Origin: Candidatus Latescibacterota bacterium
Lineage (GTDB): Bacteria > Latescibacterota > UBA2968 > GCA-2709665
NCBI GenBank assembly: GCA_965222075.1
Contig: OZ244937.1
Coordinates: forward strand, 32,001-96,000
Length of the DNA stretch: 64,000 nucleotides
Reading direction: 5' to 3'
The stretch's first letter is position 1; the number at the start of each line of letters is the position of its first letter. The position numbers were made by a program, and so were the translations under genes. This document shows positions 1-10,374 of this stretch, one piece after another. The notes under the pieces were generated by a model. The model saw nothing but the letters and a program-made list of their open reading frames with translations. It did not search any database and was not told where the DNA came from.

Positions 1-1925
1 AACCCGAATTGAGCCGGGCAGACAGAAGAGGGCCGAACAGAAACCTCTTTCTGGTCCGGGATCGGGGCCACACGGGATATGAAAGGCACTTTAGGAACCA
101 GATCGTCTACCTGACAACCACCCACACGCTCAGCCAGAAGACGTTCCACGAATTCCAGATCGGATTCCACGGGTCCAAGCACGACACAACGGGTAACACC
201 GACGAGACGACGAGTTCCTGGAGGAGGGACAACAGCGGGTATTTCAACCTGGATCGGCAAAGGAGGGACCTCCGGCTCAACTACAACCGGCGCTACAACT
301 TCCGGTGGGACATCACCAGCCAGGTGACCCGGCGGAACCTGGCCAAGGCCGGGTTTACCTATCAGGTCTTTCACAATGCCAACTGGGATTACCGGCAGTC
401 GAGCGCGAGCAACGTGACGCTTTTGGTCATTGGCAAGGACAGCATGCCGGGCCAGCGGTATGTGGCCCAACGGTTTGGGGCGTACATCGAGGACAAGATC
501 GAGTTCCAGGGGCTGATCGTGAACGCTGGTCTCCGTTACGACCGCCTGTGGGGCGGGCCCAAGAAGACGCTTGGGGGGTGGTACAAGGGGATGCCCGGCC
601 ACCGGACGTACAAGGCCTACATTACCCGTACACCCCGGGAACATTCGAAGCCGATTTCAACCTGGGCGCCCCGGGTCGGGATATCGCACCCGATCACGGC
701 CCGGTCGGCCATCCGGTTCTCCTTCGGCCAATACTTCAAACCGGCGGCGTTCGGGTATCTGTGGGCCGAGGGATGGCTGCCTTCGGACCTGGAAAACCAC
801 CCAAACCTGGACGAAACCTGGGGAGACGAGCCGGACAAACCGGGCGGGGGCTGGCACCTTGACCACGTCCAACGCAAACCGACCGGGGTCACGAATACGA
901 CCGAGTTCGAGGTATCCTCGGGGTGGAACTTCCTCGCCAATTTTGTCTTAGACATGGCCACCTACTACCGCCGGACGGACTGGTCGACCGGCGAAAATTT
1001 CCGCTGGTTCGTAGACCCGGTGAAGGGTACGGGCAGGTCCCGGTCGCGGGGGCCGAGCGCCCGTGCGGAGGCCAAGGGGATCGAGACGTCAATCTACAAG
1101 CCCCTCTCCGACAACTTTGCCTTCCGGATCTCGCTGGACGTGGGCTGGTCACAGTTCACCTGGTCGGGTGGACCCCTCAGTTCGTGGTTCTACCCCGACT
1201 CCACCTACATCGCCAGTTCGAACTACTTTTTGGTGGACGCCAACGACGATCCGGTGCCGTTGACGGATGCAGAGATTCGAAATATCGGCCACAAGGCCAA
1301 CGAGACCATCCGGAAGAAGCAGGAGGCGCTCGCCGCAACGGAGGCGATCCTTACGAACAAGACGCCGCTTCGGCCTTTTCGTGAGTATCCGGACCTGAGC
1401 AGCAGCGATCGGAATCGGTCCGAAATCCAGGGCCTCTGGTATTCGCAAGACTGGACCGCGGACAAGACCCTTTACGTTCGGGCCGCGCCGAACACGCAGG
1501 CCAGGTTCCAGTTCCTCTGGTCCACCCCTTCCGACTGGGGGCCGGGACCGACCGTGGGCGGGTCGAAGCTGTTGGGCGGCATCCAGGCGAACCTGGTCTG
1601 GCGGTTCCACAGCGGGGATAATTTCAAGTTCACGCCTCCGGACAACCCGGGGTTCAGCAGCTCGAAGGCCGGGCCGATGTTCGTGCGGACGGACCTCAAT
1701 TTCCAGAAGACGTTCGAGGCGGGCACGGTCAGGCCCACCATCTACGCCGAGGTGTTCAACCTGTTCAATACGCACGTGGAATCGACTCGCAGCGCCAACT
1801 ACGTCCGGTGGGGCCTGTTGAGGCCGACGCCGAACGACCCGAACTATGAGAGGTACGGCGACCCGAGTCCATTCCGGGGCGGTACGCCGAGGTACGTGAA
1901 CGTTGGCGTGCGGATCGGGTTCTGA
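1..1925 (+). CDS. TonB-dependent receptor, C-terminal part (5' end outside window)
   Basis: Open from the window edge. Barrel motifs YIEDKIEFQGLIVNAGLRYD, WAPRVGISHPIT and FNLFN, and C-terminal Phe (VGVRIGF). Paralog of 30768..33833. Confidence 0.88.
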   Translation, partial: PELSRADRRGPNRNLFLVRDRGHTGYERHFRNQIVYLTTTHTLSQKTFHEFQIGFHGSKHDTTGNTDETTSSWRRDNSGYFNLDRQRRDLRLNYNRRYNFRWDITSQVTRRNLAKAGFTYQVFHNANWDYRQSSASNVTLLVIGKDSMPGQRYVAQRFGAYIEDKIEFQGLIVNAGLRYDRLWGGPKKTLGGWYKGMPGHRTYKAYITRTPREHSKPISTWAPRVGISHPITARSAIRFSFGQYFKPAAFGYLWAEGWLPSDLENHPNLDETWGDEPDKPGGGWHLDHVQRKPTGVTNTTEFEVSSGWNFLANFVLDMATYYRRTDWSTGENFRWFVDPVKGTGRSRSRGPSARAEAKGIETSIYKPLSDNFAFRISLDVGWSQFTWSGGPLSSWFYPDSTYIASSNYFLVDANDDPVPLTDAEIRNIGHKANETIRKKQEALAATEAILTNKTPLRPFREYPDLSSSDRNRSEIQGLWYSQDWTADKTLYVRAAPNTQARFQFLWSTPSDWGPGPTVGGSKLLGGIQANLVWRFHSGDNFKFTPPDNPGFSSSKAGPMFVRTDLNFQKTFEAGTVRPTIYAEVFNLFNTHVESTRSANYVRWGLLRPTPNDPNYERYGDPSPFRGGTPRYVNVGVRIGF

Positions 1926-1986
1926 GAATGTTATGGGTGTGGTGGGGTGACGCATGCGTCGCCCCACAAACTGAGAGAGGTTTGAT

Positions 1987-4545
1987 ATGCGGATAAAACT
2001 GTTTTTCTGTGCAGCGCTCATCCTTGCGCTGGGGGCGTTTGATTTCCCTGCGGAGGCACAGCGGATGGCCCTCACCGGGACGGCCAACACACCCATGCCC
2101 CCTCGCCAGTTGACCCGGGGGCGGCTCTGGCACAGTTTTGTGAACACCGGCGCTGAGGGCGCACGGGTGGTGGAGATCAACTACTCCGGTATTTTTGCCG
2201 ACCTGGACTATCCGGGCCACACTATCATCCAGGGTTTCGGGGCGTTCTCCTCTCCCGTAAACGACTTTAATAGCCATTACGGGGCTCGCTCCGTCCTCAA
2301 CAGCGACCAGATCGACTTTGCCACGCACAACGGCCGTGGGCACGGGTGGTGGTTCGCCGCGAAGGTGAACGGAGAGGCGCAGGTCAGCTACAGCAGCCCC
2401 CTGATCAAGGGCAGGGAGGAGAGCGACGACGTCTTCGCGGTGGCGGTCGATCCGACAGTGGACTTCGGGGGACGCTTTGCCAACGTCGGGAACGATGTAT
2501 TGGCCCCCGTTTCGGGCCAGTCGATGGGCAATTGGTGGCCCGGTACCACGGTCGCCCTCGACGCGCTCGAGCCGAGGGAGATCCTGAACTACAAGTTCGG
2601 GGAGTATAACGGCGTGGCCACGGACAACTTTCCGGAAGACATTATCCTGAGCAAGTGGACGACGAAGATGGGCATCACCGGGACGAAGGCGGCCTATGCC
2701 TGGAACCACCCGGACTACGACGACTTCGTCATCGTGGAGTGGGTGTTTGAGAATACGGGGGATACGGACGGGGACCGTGTCGCCGACCTCCCCGGCGGGG
2801 GACACATGCTCGAAGATGTCTTTTTCGGCATCCAGCACCGCCTGATAAACTCCTCTGCCGGGAACAACCGACACAGCTACACGGCCTACTTCTGGGACTA
2901 TGGGGCGGGAGATGGGTGCTCAGGCGTATTCGGACAGGCAGACAACGGCCAGGACGACAAGATCAAGTATACCGAGGCGCCCAACTACGACGGTCCGGCG
3001 TCGGCTGTGGGACTGAAGATGACCTACTCCTACGACTGGGACAACTGGTGCTATACGGGGGCGGTTTCCAACGACGTGGGGGACCCGTATCGCGCGGGAT
3101 TCAGGCGAGGGGGTCTGCCGATCCCCGTGTTCACAAAAGACGGCGACATTCTGTCGCCCGCCTGGGTCGGGGTTGCGGAGATCGACGTGGACCCGACGGA
3201 CGGGTTCGTGGGGGATAACGACGTGTATGAGGCCCCGAAGGTGGCGCAGCAGCCGTTTGCGCACAACCTGTTTCACTTCTTTCATCGGCAGCAGAGCATT
3301 GCGGTGTTGTTCGAACTGTTGACGGAAGAGCCGGATCCGAACGTGCATACCGATGATACCCTATACCAGATGATCTCCAGTTCGCCAGACCCGTCCTACT
3401 TCGAACCGTTGAATGACCACAATGCTGCCCTCTCGCGTTCCACCCGGGGATCGGGCGATCCGAATCTGGGCGTGCCCCTGCTGCCCCTGCCGGACAACCC
3501 GACCGAGCCGATGCCCTACATGCCCAACCCGGAATGGGAGTGGAAGGACCGGCACGGGATTGCGGCGGCGTATTCGGTGATGGATGCCTACGGCCCGTAC
3601 GACCTGGCTCCGGGGCAGAAGGTGAAGTTGGTGTTCGCCTACGTGGCGGGCGCGCCGGTGACGGAGAACTTCAAGACGTTTCAGAAGAGGCGGGACAACA
3701 CGGAACTGCGGAAGGAGGAGAACGGGCTGGCCTGGGCGAACCTGGTGAACCACCTGATGAAGGCGAAGGAGGCCTATGCACTGGGATACGACCTCCCGAA
3801 CCAGCCGCCCGACGTGGACGCGAGGCTCGCCTCCTCTGCGAACGCGCAGGTCGAGATCACCTGGCCCGCTACGGGGGATAATGCGATCAACCCGGACACG
3901 GACCAATCCGACGTGGCGGGCTACCGGGTCTACCGGTCGGAGGGGCTTCCCGATCAGTGGGAACTGGTGGCCGACATCAAGGTGGGCAGTGCTTCGGGAG
4001 GGACCTACTTGTATGAAGACTCGAATTCGGTGGCGGGCTTTCCCTACTATTACAGTGTGCGGTCCTACCAGGGGAGCGCGAACACAGGGTTTGTCAGCCG
4101 CGTGACCGGCGAGACGGTGGCAGGCGGGGTCTCCGCGTATGAATCGGGGCCGGGCGACCCTTCGACGTTCTACTACCCACCTTCCGGGCCGGTCTCATTC
4201 AGCCCGGTGCAGTCGGTCTCGGCCTCGGCGGACCGGCTGGAGAAGGATATCCTCATCGTGCCGAACCCCTACATCCTTGATGATATGCACACCTACGAGG
4301 GTTCGACCAAGATCCGCATCCTGAACGTTCCGAGGAAGTGCAAGATCCGGATCTACACCGTTGGCGGAGACCTGGTGGGTGAAGTGCTCCACGATTCGCA
4401 GACGGTGGGCGAGGCGGCCTACTTCCAGCTCAACCGGACGTCTACCTCTCCGCTGGTCTTCGGCACCTACTTTGTGACGGTGGAGTCCATGGTGCAGGAG
4501 AGCATGGGCCAGGTTAAGCGTGCTGCCTTTGTCACTATTCGTTAA
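1987..4545 (+). CDS. Secreted protein with FN3-like domain and T9SS-CTD-like C-terminus
   Basis: Signal peptide, DTDGDRVAD Ca-binding-like loop, FN3 motifs (VEITW, AGYRVYRS, YYYSVRSY), C-terminal IVPNPY...KIRIYT..GDLV...GTYF..FVTIR. Paralog of 33958..36228. Confidence 0.75.
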   Translation: MRIKLFFCAALILALGAFDFPAEAQRMALTGTANTPMPPRQLTRGRLWHSFVNTGAEGARVVEINYSGIFADLDYPGHTIIQGFGAFSSPVNDFNSHYGARSVLNSDQIDFATHNGRGHGWWFAAKVNGEAQVSYSSPLIKGREESDDVFAVAVDPTVDFGGRFANVGNDVLAPVSGQSMGNWWPGTTVALDALEPREILNYKFGEYNGVATDNFPEDIILSKWTTKMGITGTKAAYAWNHPDYDDFVIVEWVFENTGDTDGDRVADLPGGGHMLEDVFFGIQHRLINSSAGNNRHSYTAYFWDYGAGDGCSGVFGQADNGQDDKIKYTEAPNYDGPASAVGLKMTYSYDWDNWCYTGAVSNDVGDPYRAGFRRGGLPIPVFTKDGDILSPAWVGVAEIDVDPTDGFVGDNDVYEAPKVAQQPFAHNLFHFFHRQQSIAVLFELLTEEPDPNVHTDDTLYQMISSSPDPSYFEPLNDHNAALSRSTRGSGDPNLGVPLLPLPDNPTEPMPYMPNPEWEWKDRHGIAAAYSVMDAYGPYDLAPGQKVKLVFAYVAGAPVTENFKTFQKRRDNTELRKEENGLAWANLVNHLMKAKEAYALGYDLPNQPPDVDARLASSANAQVEITWPATGDNAINPDTDQSDVAGYRVYRSEGLPDQWELVADIKVGSASGGTYLYEDSNSVAGFPYYYSVRSYQGSANTGFVSRVTGETVAGGVSAYESGPGDPSTFYYPPSGPVSFSPVQSVSASADRLEKDILIVPNPYILDDMHTYEGSTKIRILNVPRKCKIRIYTVGGDLVGEVLHDSQTVGEAAYFQLNRTSTSPLVFGTYFVTVESMVQESMGQVKRAAFVTIR

Positions 4546-4555
4546 GGAGATCGCC

Positions 4556-5524
4556 ATGCGGAGCATCTATTCGATCGGATTTGCGGCGGTGCTGGCCGGA
4601 CTCGTTCTCTCTGCCCCGGCGCTGGCCGGTATCTCGAACCAGGCGCCTCTGGGCGAGACCTACGCCACTTTCTTAGAAGTAGCCCAGGGTGCACGCGGCG
4701 TGGGCATGGGCGACGCCTACGTGGGTGTGGTGGACGACATCGGCGCCGTTTTCTGGAACGTGGCCGGGATGACCGACATACCGAAAAACAGGTTTCAGTT
4801 TACGTTCACCAACACGCAGTGGCTCGTGAATTCGCAGTTCAACTCCGCGGCCGTGGGCGTGAATACGGACTACGGGGCGTTCGCCTTCAGCATCGTGACG
4901 TTTTCACCGCCCGAGATGCTGGAGACGACGATCCAACAACCTCAGGGGACGGGACGCAATCTGGATACCGGAAGCTGGGCTTTCGGCGGGGCCTACGCCA
5001 AGAAGCTCACGGACCGGTTCTCGGTGGGCGCACAGATCCGGGTGGTGAATGAGACGCTGTTCAGGGAGTGGGGCTTCCGGACGTTCGACCTGGCGCTCGG
5101 GACGAAGTATTACACGGGCTTCCGCAACCTGCGGATCGCGATGGCGCTGCGGAACTTCGGGAAGGATAAGATTCTCATCGACAACGAGATCCTCAACGCC
5201 CATATGCCCGCCCTTTTTAATATTGCGGTGGCTGCTGAGGTGATCGGGGAGAAGGGGGACCCTGCCTATCTCACCGGCGCTTTTGAGAGCCTCTACGCCG
5301 TCAGCGTAGAGAGGCGGGCGCACTTCGGGGCGGAACTCTGGCTGCGGAACATGCTGGCCCTGCGAGGCGGCTACAAGTGGAACTACGACAACCAGGATTT
5401 TACGGCAGGGGTAGGGGTGCGGCTCAAACGGGGAGACCGGTTTCTGTCGGCCGACGTGGCGTGGGCAAACTTCGGCGACCAGTTCGATGCTCCGCTGCGG
5501 TTCTCTGTGACGGGGTCTTTCTGA
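4556..5524 (+). CDS. PorV/PorQ family (UPF0164-like) outer-membrane beta-barrel
   Basis: RBS aaggag then ATG 4556. FLEVAQGARGVGMGDAY and FWNVAG motifs, LRGGY, C-terminal Phe. Confidence 0.85.
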   Translation: MRSIYSIGFAAVLAGLVLSAPALAGISNQAPLGETYATFLEVAQGARGVGMGDAYVGVVDDIGAVFWNVAGMTDIPKNRFQFTFTNTQWLVNSQFNSAAVGVNTDYGAFAFSIVTFSPPEMLETTIQQPQGTGRNLDTGSWAFGGAYAKKLTDRFSVGAQIRVVNETLFREWGFRTFDLALGTKYYTGFRNLRIAMALRNFGKDKILIDNEILNAHMPALFNIAVAAEVIGEKGDPAYLTGAFESLYAVSVERRAHFGAELWLRNMLALRGGYKWNYDNQDFTAGVGVRLKRGDRFLSADVAWANFGDQFDAPLRFSVTGSF

Positions 5525-5583
5525 TTTATTAAGGAGTTAACTTTTCGGGTCCTAACGTATCAGGGTTTGAGATCGTCGTCGAA

Positions 5584-5620
5584 AAGGCCTCCTGTTGCGG
5601 ATCGTTCAACAGGGGGCCTT
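5584..5620 (+). terminator. Stem-loop after PorV gene (possible terminator or RNA-stabilising hairpin)
   Basis: aaggcctcctgttg / caacagggggcctt 14-bp stem with one G-U pair. No strong U-tract follows. Confidence 0.5.
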
Positions 5621-5648
5621 ACACCTTCATGACAGGGGAGGATGGAAC

Positions 5649-6536
5649 ATGTCAGAGGGCATCCTTGAACGTCTCTCAAAGGGTCCCGTACTCGGCGACG
5701 GCGGTTATATCTACATTTTACGCCAGCGGAGGCTGCCGATGGAGAACTGGTCACCGCAGGATGTGCTGACGCACACCGACGCGGTACAGCAGCTCCAGCA
5801 GGAGTTCTTCGACGCCGGGGCGGAGGTGCTTATGGCGGAGACGTTCTCCGGCACGCGAAACCGGCTGGAGGAGGTGGGGCAGTCGGACCGGTTTGAGGAG
5901 ATCCACCGGAAGGCGGTGGAGATCGCCCGGAACGTGTCGCAGGGACGCGCGCTGATCGCCGGGACGGTGGGGTCGGCCCTCGGGTCGCAGTTTCGGGAAG
6001 GGGACGGGGACCGGGTGAGGCCCTGGTATGAGGAGGAGTGCGCGACCCTGAAGGATCTGGGCGTGGATTTCATGATCCTGGAGACGTTATACTTCTTAGA
6101 GGATGCGCTGGGTGCCCTGGGGGGGGCAAAGTCCACGGGCCTGGCGACGATGGTGACGATGTCGTGCAAACCTGAGCTCAAATCCCGCGAGGGGTTCGAG
6201 ATGGACATCTGTGCGAAGCGTTTGAAGGATGCGGGGGCTGACATCGTGGGACTGAACTGCATGCAGGACCCGGAGTTGATGCTGCCGCTGATGGAACAGG
6301 TCCGGAAGGCGGTGGACGGCCCGATCGCCGCGCAGCCGGTGGCCGTGCAGTGCCGGCCTTATGTCTACATGGGTGAGTCGGGGAGGCCGTGGACGGAGCT
6401 TGTCCTGCCTCCACAAGCGATGGCGGATTTTGCCCGGCAGGCGATGGAGGTCGGGATCGACTATATCGGCTCCTGCTGCGGGTCGGGCCCCGAACACGTC
6501 AGGGCGATGGCTGAGGCGATGGGCAAGGCTTCATAA
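5649..6536 (+). CDS. Homocysteine S-methyltransferase family protein (HMT #1)
   Basis: LGDGG, ILET, GLNC and GSCCGSGPEH Zn-binding motifs. Confidence 0.9.
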   Translation: MSEGILERLSKGPVLGDGGYIYILRQRRLPMENWSPQDVLTHTDAVQQLQQEFFDAGAEVLMAETFSGTRNRLEEVGQSDRFEEIHRKAVEIARNVSQGRALIAGTVGSALGSQFREGDGDRVRPWYEEECATLKDLGVDFMILETLYFLEDALGALGGAKSTGLATMVTMSCKPELKSREGFEMDICAKRLKDAGADIVGLNCMQDPELMLPLMEQVRKAVDGPIAAQPVAVQCRPYVYMGESGRPWTELVLPPQAMADFARQAMEVGIDYIGSCCGSGPEHVRAMAEAMGKAS

Positions 6537-6584
6537 ATTCAGTTGGAAGGGTAACCCCACACGAATTGTTGGAAAGGACCACTT

Positions 6585-8393
6585 ATGCCGGTTGAGACGC
6601 CGATACTCGTGCTGCTGCGCCGGTGGGCGGAGGCGCCGTTTAACCCGTATCTGGAGGAGATCCTCCAGATGGAGGGGTATTTCTGCTACCGGGTGGAGGA
6701 TGTGACGGACCGGGCGATTGACGATGGGGTGCTGGGTGACGCGCCTGTGGCGGTGCTGACGCGGATGGAACTGTCGGCGGCGGAGATGGAGGCGCTGGGG
6801 CGGTATGTGGAGCGTGGGGGACGGCTGGTTGCGTTTCGGCCGCCTGCGGCGCTGGCCGGGCTGTTTGGGTGCGTTCCTCTGGAGGGGAGGTATAGTCTGG
6901 CGTGCGAGGGGTTTGTGGTGGTGGATCGGGAGCATCCTGCGACGAGCGGATTTCCGGAGAGCGGGATGCAGTTTCGTGGGGATGCGGAGCTTTATATGCC
7001 GGAGGAGGCGAATCGGATTGCGTCATTTTGCACGGAGCCGGAGGGTTTGCTGCCGTTTGCGGGTGTGTCGTTGTGGTATCGGGGCAGGGGTGCGACGGCG
7101 TTGTTTGCGTATGATCTTGTGGAGACGGTGGTGCGGTTGCATCAGGGGAATCCGGAGCAGGCGTCCAACGGGAGCCGGCCGGATGCGGACCGGGACAATA
7201 TGTTCAAGCCGAACGATTTCTACGTTGGAGAGACCGATCCCCGGATGAGGCTGGTGCCTCAGGCGGATTTGCATCAGGATCTTTTGGTGCGTGTGTTGCG
7301 TTTTTTGACGGACGATGGGTTGCCGTTGCTTCGGGTGTGGCACTATCCTGGGGGGAAGCCTGCGGTGACGTTTTTGAACGGTGACAGCGACGGGATGGTG
7401 GATGGGGATCTGCAGCGGGTGGAGGGTTTGCTGCGTCGGTATGGGGCGTCGTTTACGGTGTATGTGATGGAGGAGCATTTTCCGCTGTTTTCGCCGGGTG
7501 CGGTTCCGGATCTGAAGGGGCGGGGGCTGGACTTTGGGCCCCATCCGTTTTGCGGGAGCCGGACCCCGACGGTGGAGCAGATGGGGGTGCATTTAGAGGC
7601 GATGTCGGCGGATTTTGAAGGGCATTTCGGGTATCGGGCGACGAGTACGCGGCACCACAATGTGATCTTTCCGGGATGGACGGAGACGTTTGAGACGCTG
7701 AGCCGGTTGGGCTACCGGATTGATACGAATCATATGGCGACCCGTTACTTCTACCCGGGGTATCTCTCCGGGAGCGGTCTGCCGTTCAAGTTTATCGATC
7801 GGAACGGCGAGATGGTGGATCTCTACGAGCAGGCGACGACGCTGGTGGATGACCCTGCGATGCATAAGTGGCTGCGGCCGACGTTTTCGGTGGAGGAGGC
7901 GCTGGAGGTGGAACAGAAGGTGTTCGTCGACTGCGTGGAGCGTTACCACACGGTTTTCCACCACTACTTCCATCCGGGCATCCAGAAGGATAAGAACTGG
8001 CACCGATACGGATGCCCGGAGGGGAACTACGCGGCAAAGGCGCTTTACAAGGCGCTGGAGTTGACGCGGGACACCGGGCTGCCGACGTTTACGGGGGAGG
8101 CGTGGGCGGGGTTCAACGACGGGCGGCGGGCGGTGCGGATAAGGGTGTTGGATGCGGGCGGCGGGCGCTGTGGGTTCCAGGTGGGATCGGCGCGTGACGT
8201 GTCAGGGCTGACGTTGATGCTGCCGGGTTGGAGCGATGGGGCGATGCTGTCGTCGGTGAGGGTGGACGGGCAGTGTGTGGAGGTGGCGTGTGTGGACTGG
8301 GAGGGGCTGGCATGGGGGGTGTGGACGATGGACGTGGAGGCGGGGCGGTCTTACAGGGTGGAGGGGATGTATAAAGTGACGATTGGTGACTGA
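6585..8393 (+). CDS. ~600-aa protein with GATase-like N-terminal and polysaccharide-deacetylase-like domains (copy 1)
   Basis: NodB-like motifs FLNGDSDG, GPHP, STRHH, RIDTN, GSGLPF, YFHP. Near-identical to two downstream copies. Confidence 0.6.
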   Translation: MPVETPILVLLRRWAEAPFNPYLEEILQMEGYFCYRVEDVTDRAIDDGVLGDAPVAVLTRMELSAAEMEALGRYVERGGRLVAFRPPAALAGLFGCVPLEGRYSLACEGFVVVDREHPATSGFPESGMQFRGDAELYMPEEANRIASFCTEPEGLLPFAGVSLWYRGRGATALFAYDLVETVVRLHQGNPEQASNGSRPDADRDNMFKPNDFYVGETDPRMRLVPQADLHQDLLVRVLRFLTDDGLPLLRVWHYPGGKPAVTFLNGDSDGMVDGDLQRVEGLLRRYGASFTVYVMEEHFPLFSPGAVPDLKGRGLDFGPHPFCGSRTPTVEQMGVHLEAMSADFEGHFGYRATSTRHHNVIFPGWTETFETLSRLGYRIDTNHMATRYFYPGYLSGSGLPFKFIDRNGEMVDLYEQATTLVDDPAMHKWLRPTFSVEEALEVEQKVFVDCVERYHTVFHHYFHPGIQKDKNWHRYGCPEGNYAAKALYKALELTRDTGLPTFTGEAWAGFNDGRRAVRIRVLDAGGGRCGFQVGSARDVSGLTLMLPGWSDGAMLSSVRVDGQCVEVACVDWEGLAWGVWTMDVEAGRSYRVEGMYKVTIGD

Positions 8394-8415
8394 TGGTATT
8401 CAAAAGGATATCCGT

Positions 8416-9306
8416 ATGAAAACCGCACTCCATTCCGTCAGTTACGCCGGGGTCTGGACCGGCCAGCACCGGCTCTCCCTTGAGGGTTTTTTGCAGAAGG
8501 CGTCGGACCTGGGCTACGATGGCGTGATGCTGATGGCCAAGCGGCCGCATCTGTCGATCCTCGACATGGACCGCGAGGCCAGGACGCGTGTCCGCGGCCT
8601 GCTAAAAGAGAAGCATCTGGAGCTGGCCTGTGTAGGCGGATACTGCGATTTCAGCATTGGCGCAGAGCGGCCCGAGATCCCGGTGCTGGAGATGCAGATC
8701 GCCTATGTGACGGAGCTGGCCCGGCTGGCGCAGGACTTGGGCGGCGACAAGGTGCGGATCTATACGGCTTACGAGCGGCCGGAATTTTCGACCGATCAGC
8801 TCTGGGACCGCTGTGTGCAGGCGGTCAAGGAGTGCGCCCGGAGGGCTGCGGATTTCAGTGTGACCATCGGGGTGCAGAACCACCACGATCTGGCCAACCA
8901 CTACGAGGGCTATCTGGCGTTTTTGAAGGAGGTGGATGAGCCGAATTGCAAGGCGATGTTCGACGCCTGGGCGCTGGAGCTGCACGGGAGCGACGTTCAG
9001 GAGGCGGTGCGGAAGCTGGCGCCCTATATCGTTCACACTACCGTGGCCGACTACGTGCGGCGGCCCCGGTTTCTGTATGACTCCCGCTACGTCAACTTCG
9101 AGCGGGGGCTGGATGTCTTCAAGGCGGTGCCGGTTGGGGAGGGCGAAGTCAATTACCGGGGTTTCCTCGGGGCGTTGAAGGAGATCGGGTATACCGGGTT
9201 TGTGGCCTACGAGATGTGTTCAATGCTCGAAGGCGGCGGCTCTGAGGCAAATCTGGACCGATTCGCTAAGCGTTTCCTGGAGTATATGCAGACCGTCGAG
9301 GACTGA
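8416..9306 (+). CDS. Sugar phosphate isomerase/epimerase (xylose-isomerase-like TIM barrel)
   Basis: LGYDGV, IGVQNHHD, PVGEGEVNY and IGYTGFVAYE motifs. Confidence 0.85.
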   Translation: MKTALHSVSYAGVWTGQHRLSLEGFLQKASDLGYDGVMLMAKRPHLSILDMDREARTRVRGLLKEKHLELACVGGYCDFSIGAERPEIPVLEMQIAYVTELARLAQDLGGDKVRIYTAYERPEFSTDQLWDRCVQAVKECARRAADFSVTIGVQNHHDLANHYEGYLAFLKEVDEPNCKAMFDAWALELHGSDVQEAVRKLAPYIVHTTVADYVRRPRFLYDSRYVNFERGLDVFKAVPVGEGEVNYRGFLGALKEIGYTGFVAYEMCSMLEGGGSEANLDRFAKRFLEYMQTVED

Positions 9307-9468
9307 ACACTCGCCCACAACTGGAAGAGACGCTGTGGCAGGCGCGCACGATACCGAACGAATGGACACTTTTGAATCCCGTTATTCTGGAAGCACAAGG
9401 CTCGCTGAGCGACGCGGTGGTCGAGGCAGTCTGCTCCCCGAACGCCGCACTCGAAGGAGGATTGAAAG

Positions 9469-10374
9469 ATGGCGAGGGATATTCTGGAGTCTTTGAAGCA
9501 GGGCTTCGTTTTGGGGGATGGGGGGTATCTGGTGGAGGCGAGGTTTCGGGGGTACAGCACGCCGAGGGTCATCGTGGAGTTTCCGAATGTCCTGCGCCTG
9601 ATCCACCAGGATTTCTTCCGGGCGGGCTCACAGGTGCTGCAGGCTCACACGTGGTGGACCACGCGCAGGCACCTGAAGGCGCGAGGGGGGGAGGCGAACT
9701 GGGCCGACCGGATGGAGGAGATCAATCGAACGGCGGTTCGATTGGCGAAGGAGGTGGCAGGGGATGAGGCGCTGGTGGCAGGGAGCGTGTGTGCCGCAGC
9801 GTATGGAAAGGACGTACTGGACCTGGACGACGGGGCGGCCTGCGATCGGGCGCAGGCGGAGTGGGACGAACAGATCGCGGTGATGGCCGACGAAGGGGTG
9901 GATTTTCTGATCTGCGAGGCGTTTCTGAGGCTGGGGGAGGCCCGGCTGGCACTGGAGTGCTGCAAGAAGACCGGACTTCCCACAGTGGTCTGCATCAGCA
10001 TCTACCCGGATGAGGCGGTGACGCGGGACGGGGCGTCTCCGGCGGAATGCGCGCGTGTGCTGGCCGAGGAGGGCGCGGATATTGTGGGATCGAATTGCTG
10101 CCGGGAGCCCGCCCAGATGTGGCCAATGGTGCTGGAGATGCGGGAGGCGGTGGATGTGCCGATCGCCTTCCAGCCGGTGGGGTGCCGGACGAGTGCGCCC
10201 GGCGATTGGCGGTCGATCCGGGAGTCGGTGATTGTCCCCGGCGTGGAGATGGCCAAGTTTGCGCTGCAGGCGAAGGCGGAGGGGATCAATTATATCGGGG
10301 CGTGCTGTGGGGCCGGTCCCGAGCTGATCCGGGCGATGGCGCAGGCGCTGGGTTGCGAACGGGATCCGATCTGA
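9469..10374 (+). CDS. HMT family protein (#2)
   Basis: LGDGGY, LICEAF, GSNCC, GACCGAGP. Confidence 0.9.
   Translation: MARDILESLKQGFVLGDGGYLVEARFRGYSTPRVIVEFPNVLRLIHQDFFRAGSQVLQAHTWWTTRRHLKARGGEANWADRMEEINRTAVRLAKEVAGDEALVAGSVCAAAYGKDVLDLDDGAACDRAQAEWDEQIAVMADEGVDFLICEAFLRLGEARLALECCKKTGLPTVVCISIYPDEAVTRDGASPAECARVLAEEGADIVGSNCCREPAQMWPMVLEMREAVDVPIAFQPVGCRTSAPGDWRSIRESVIVPGVEMAKFALQAKAEGINYIGACCGAGPELIRAMAQALGCERDPI

Noticed and set aside
9307-9468. Possible gene fragment in the intergenic region
   Set aside because: An open stretch exists but has no recognisable motif.
10047-10373. N-terminal extensions in the ORF track (10047, 12869, 30636, 33892, 37264, 55878)
   Set aside because: They overlap upstream genes or leaders. 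RBS position and paralog alignment support later starts.
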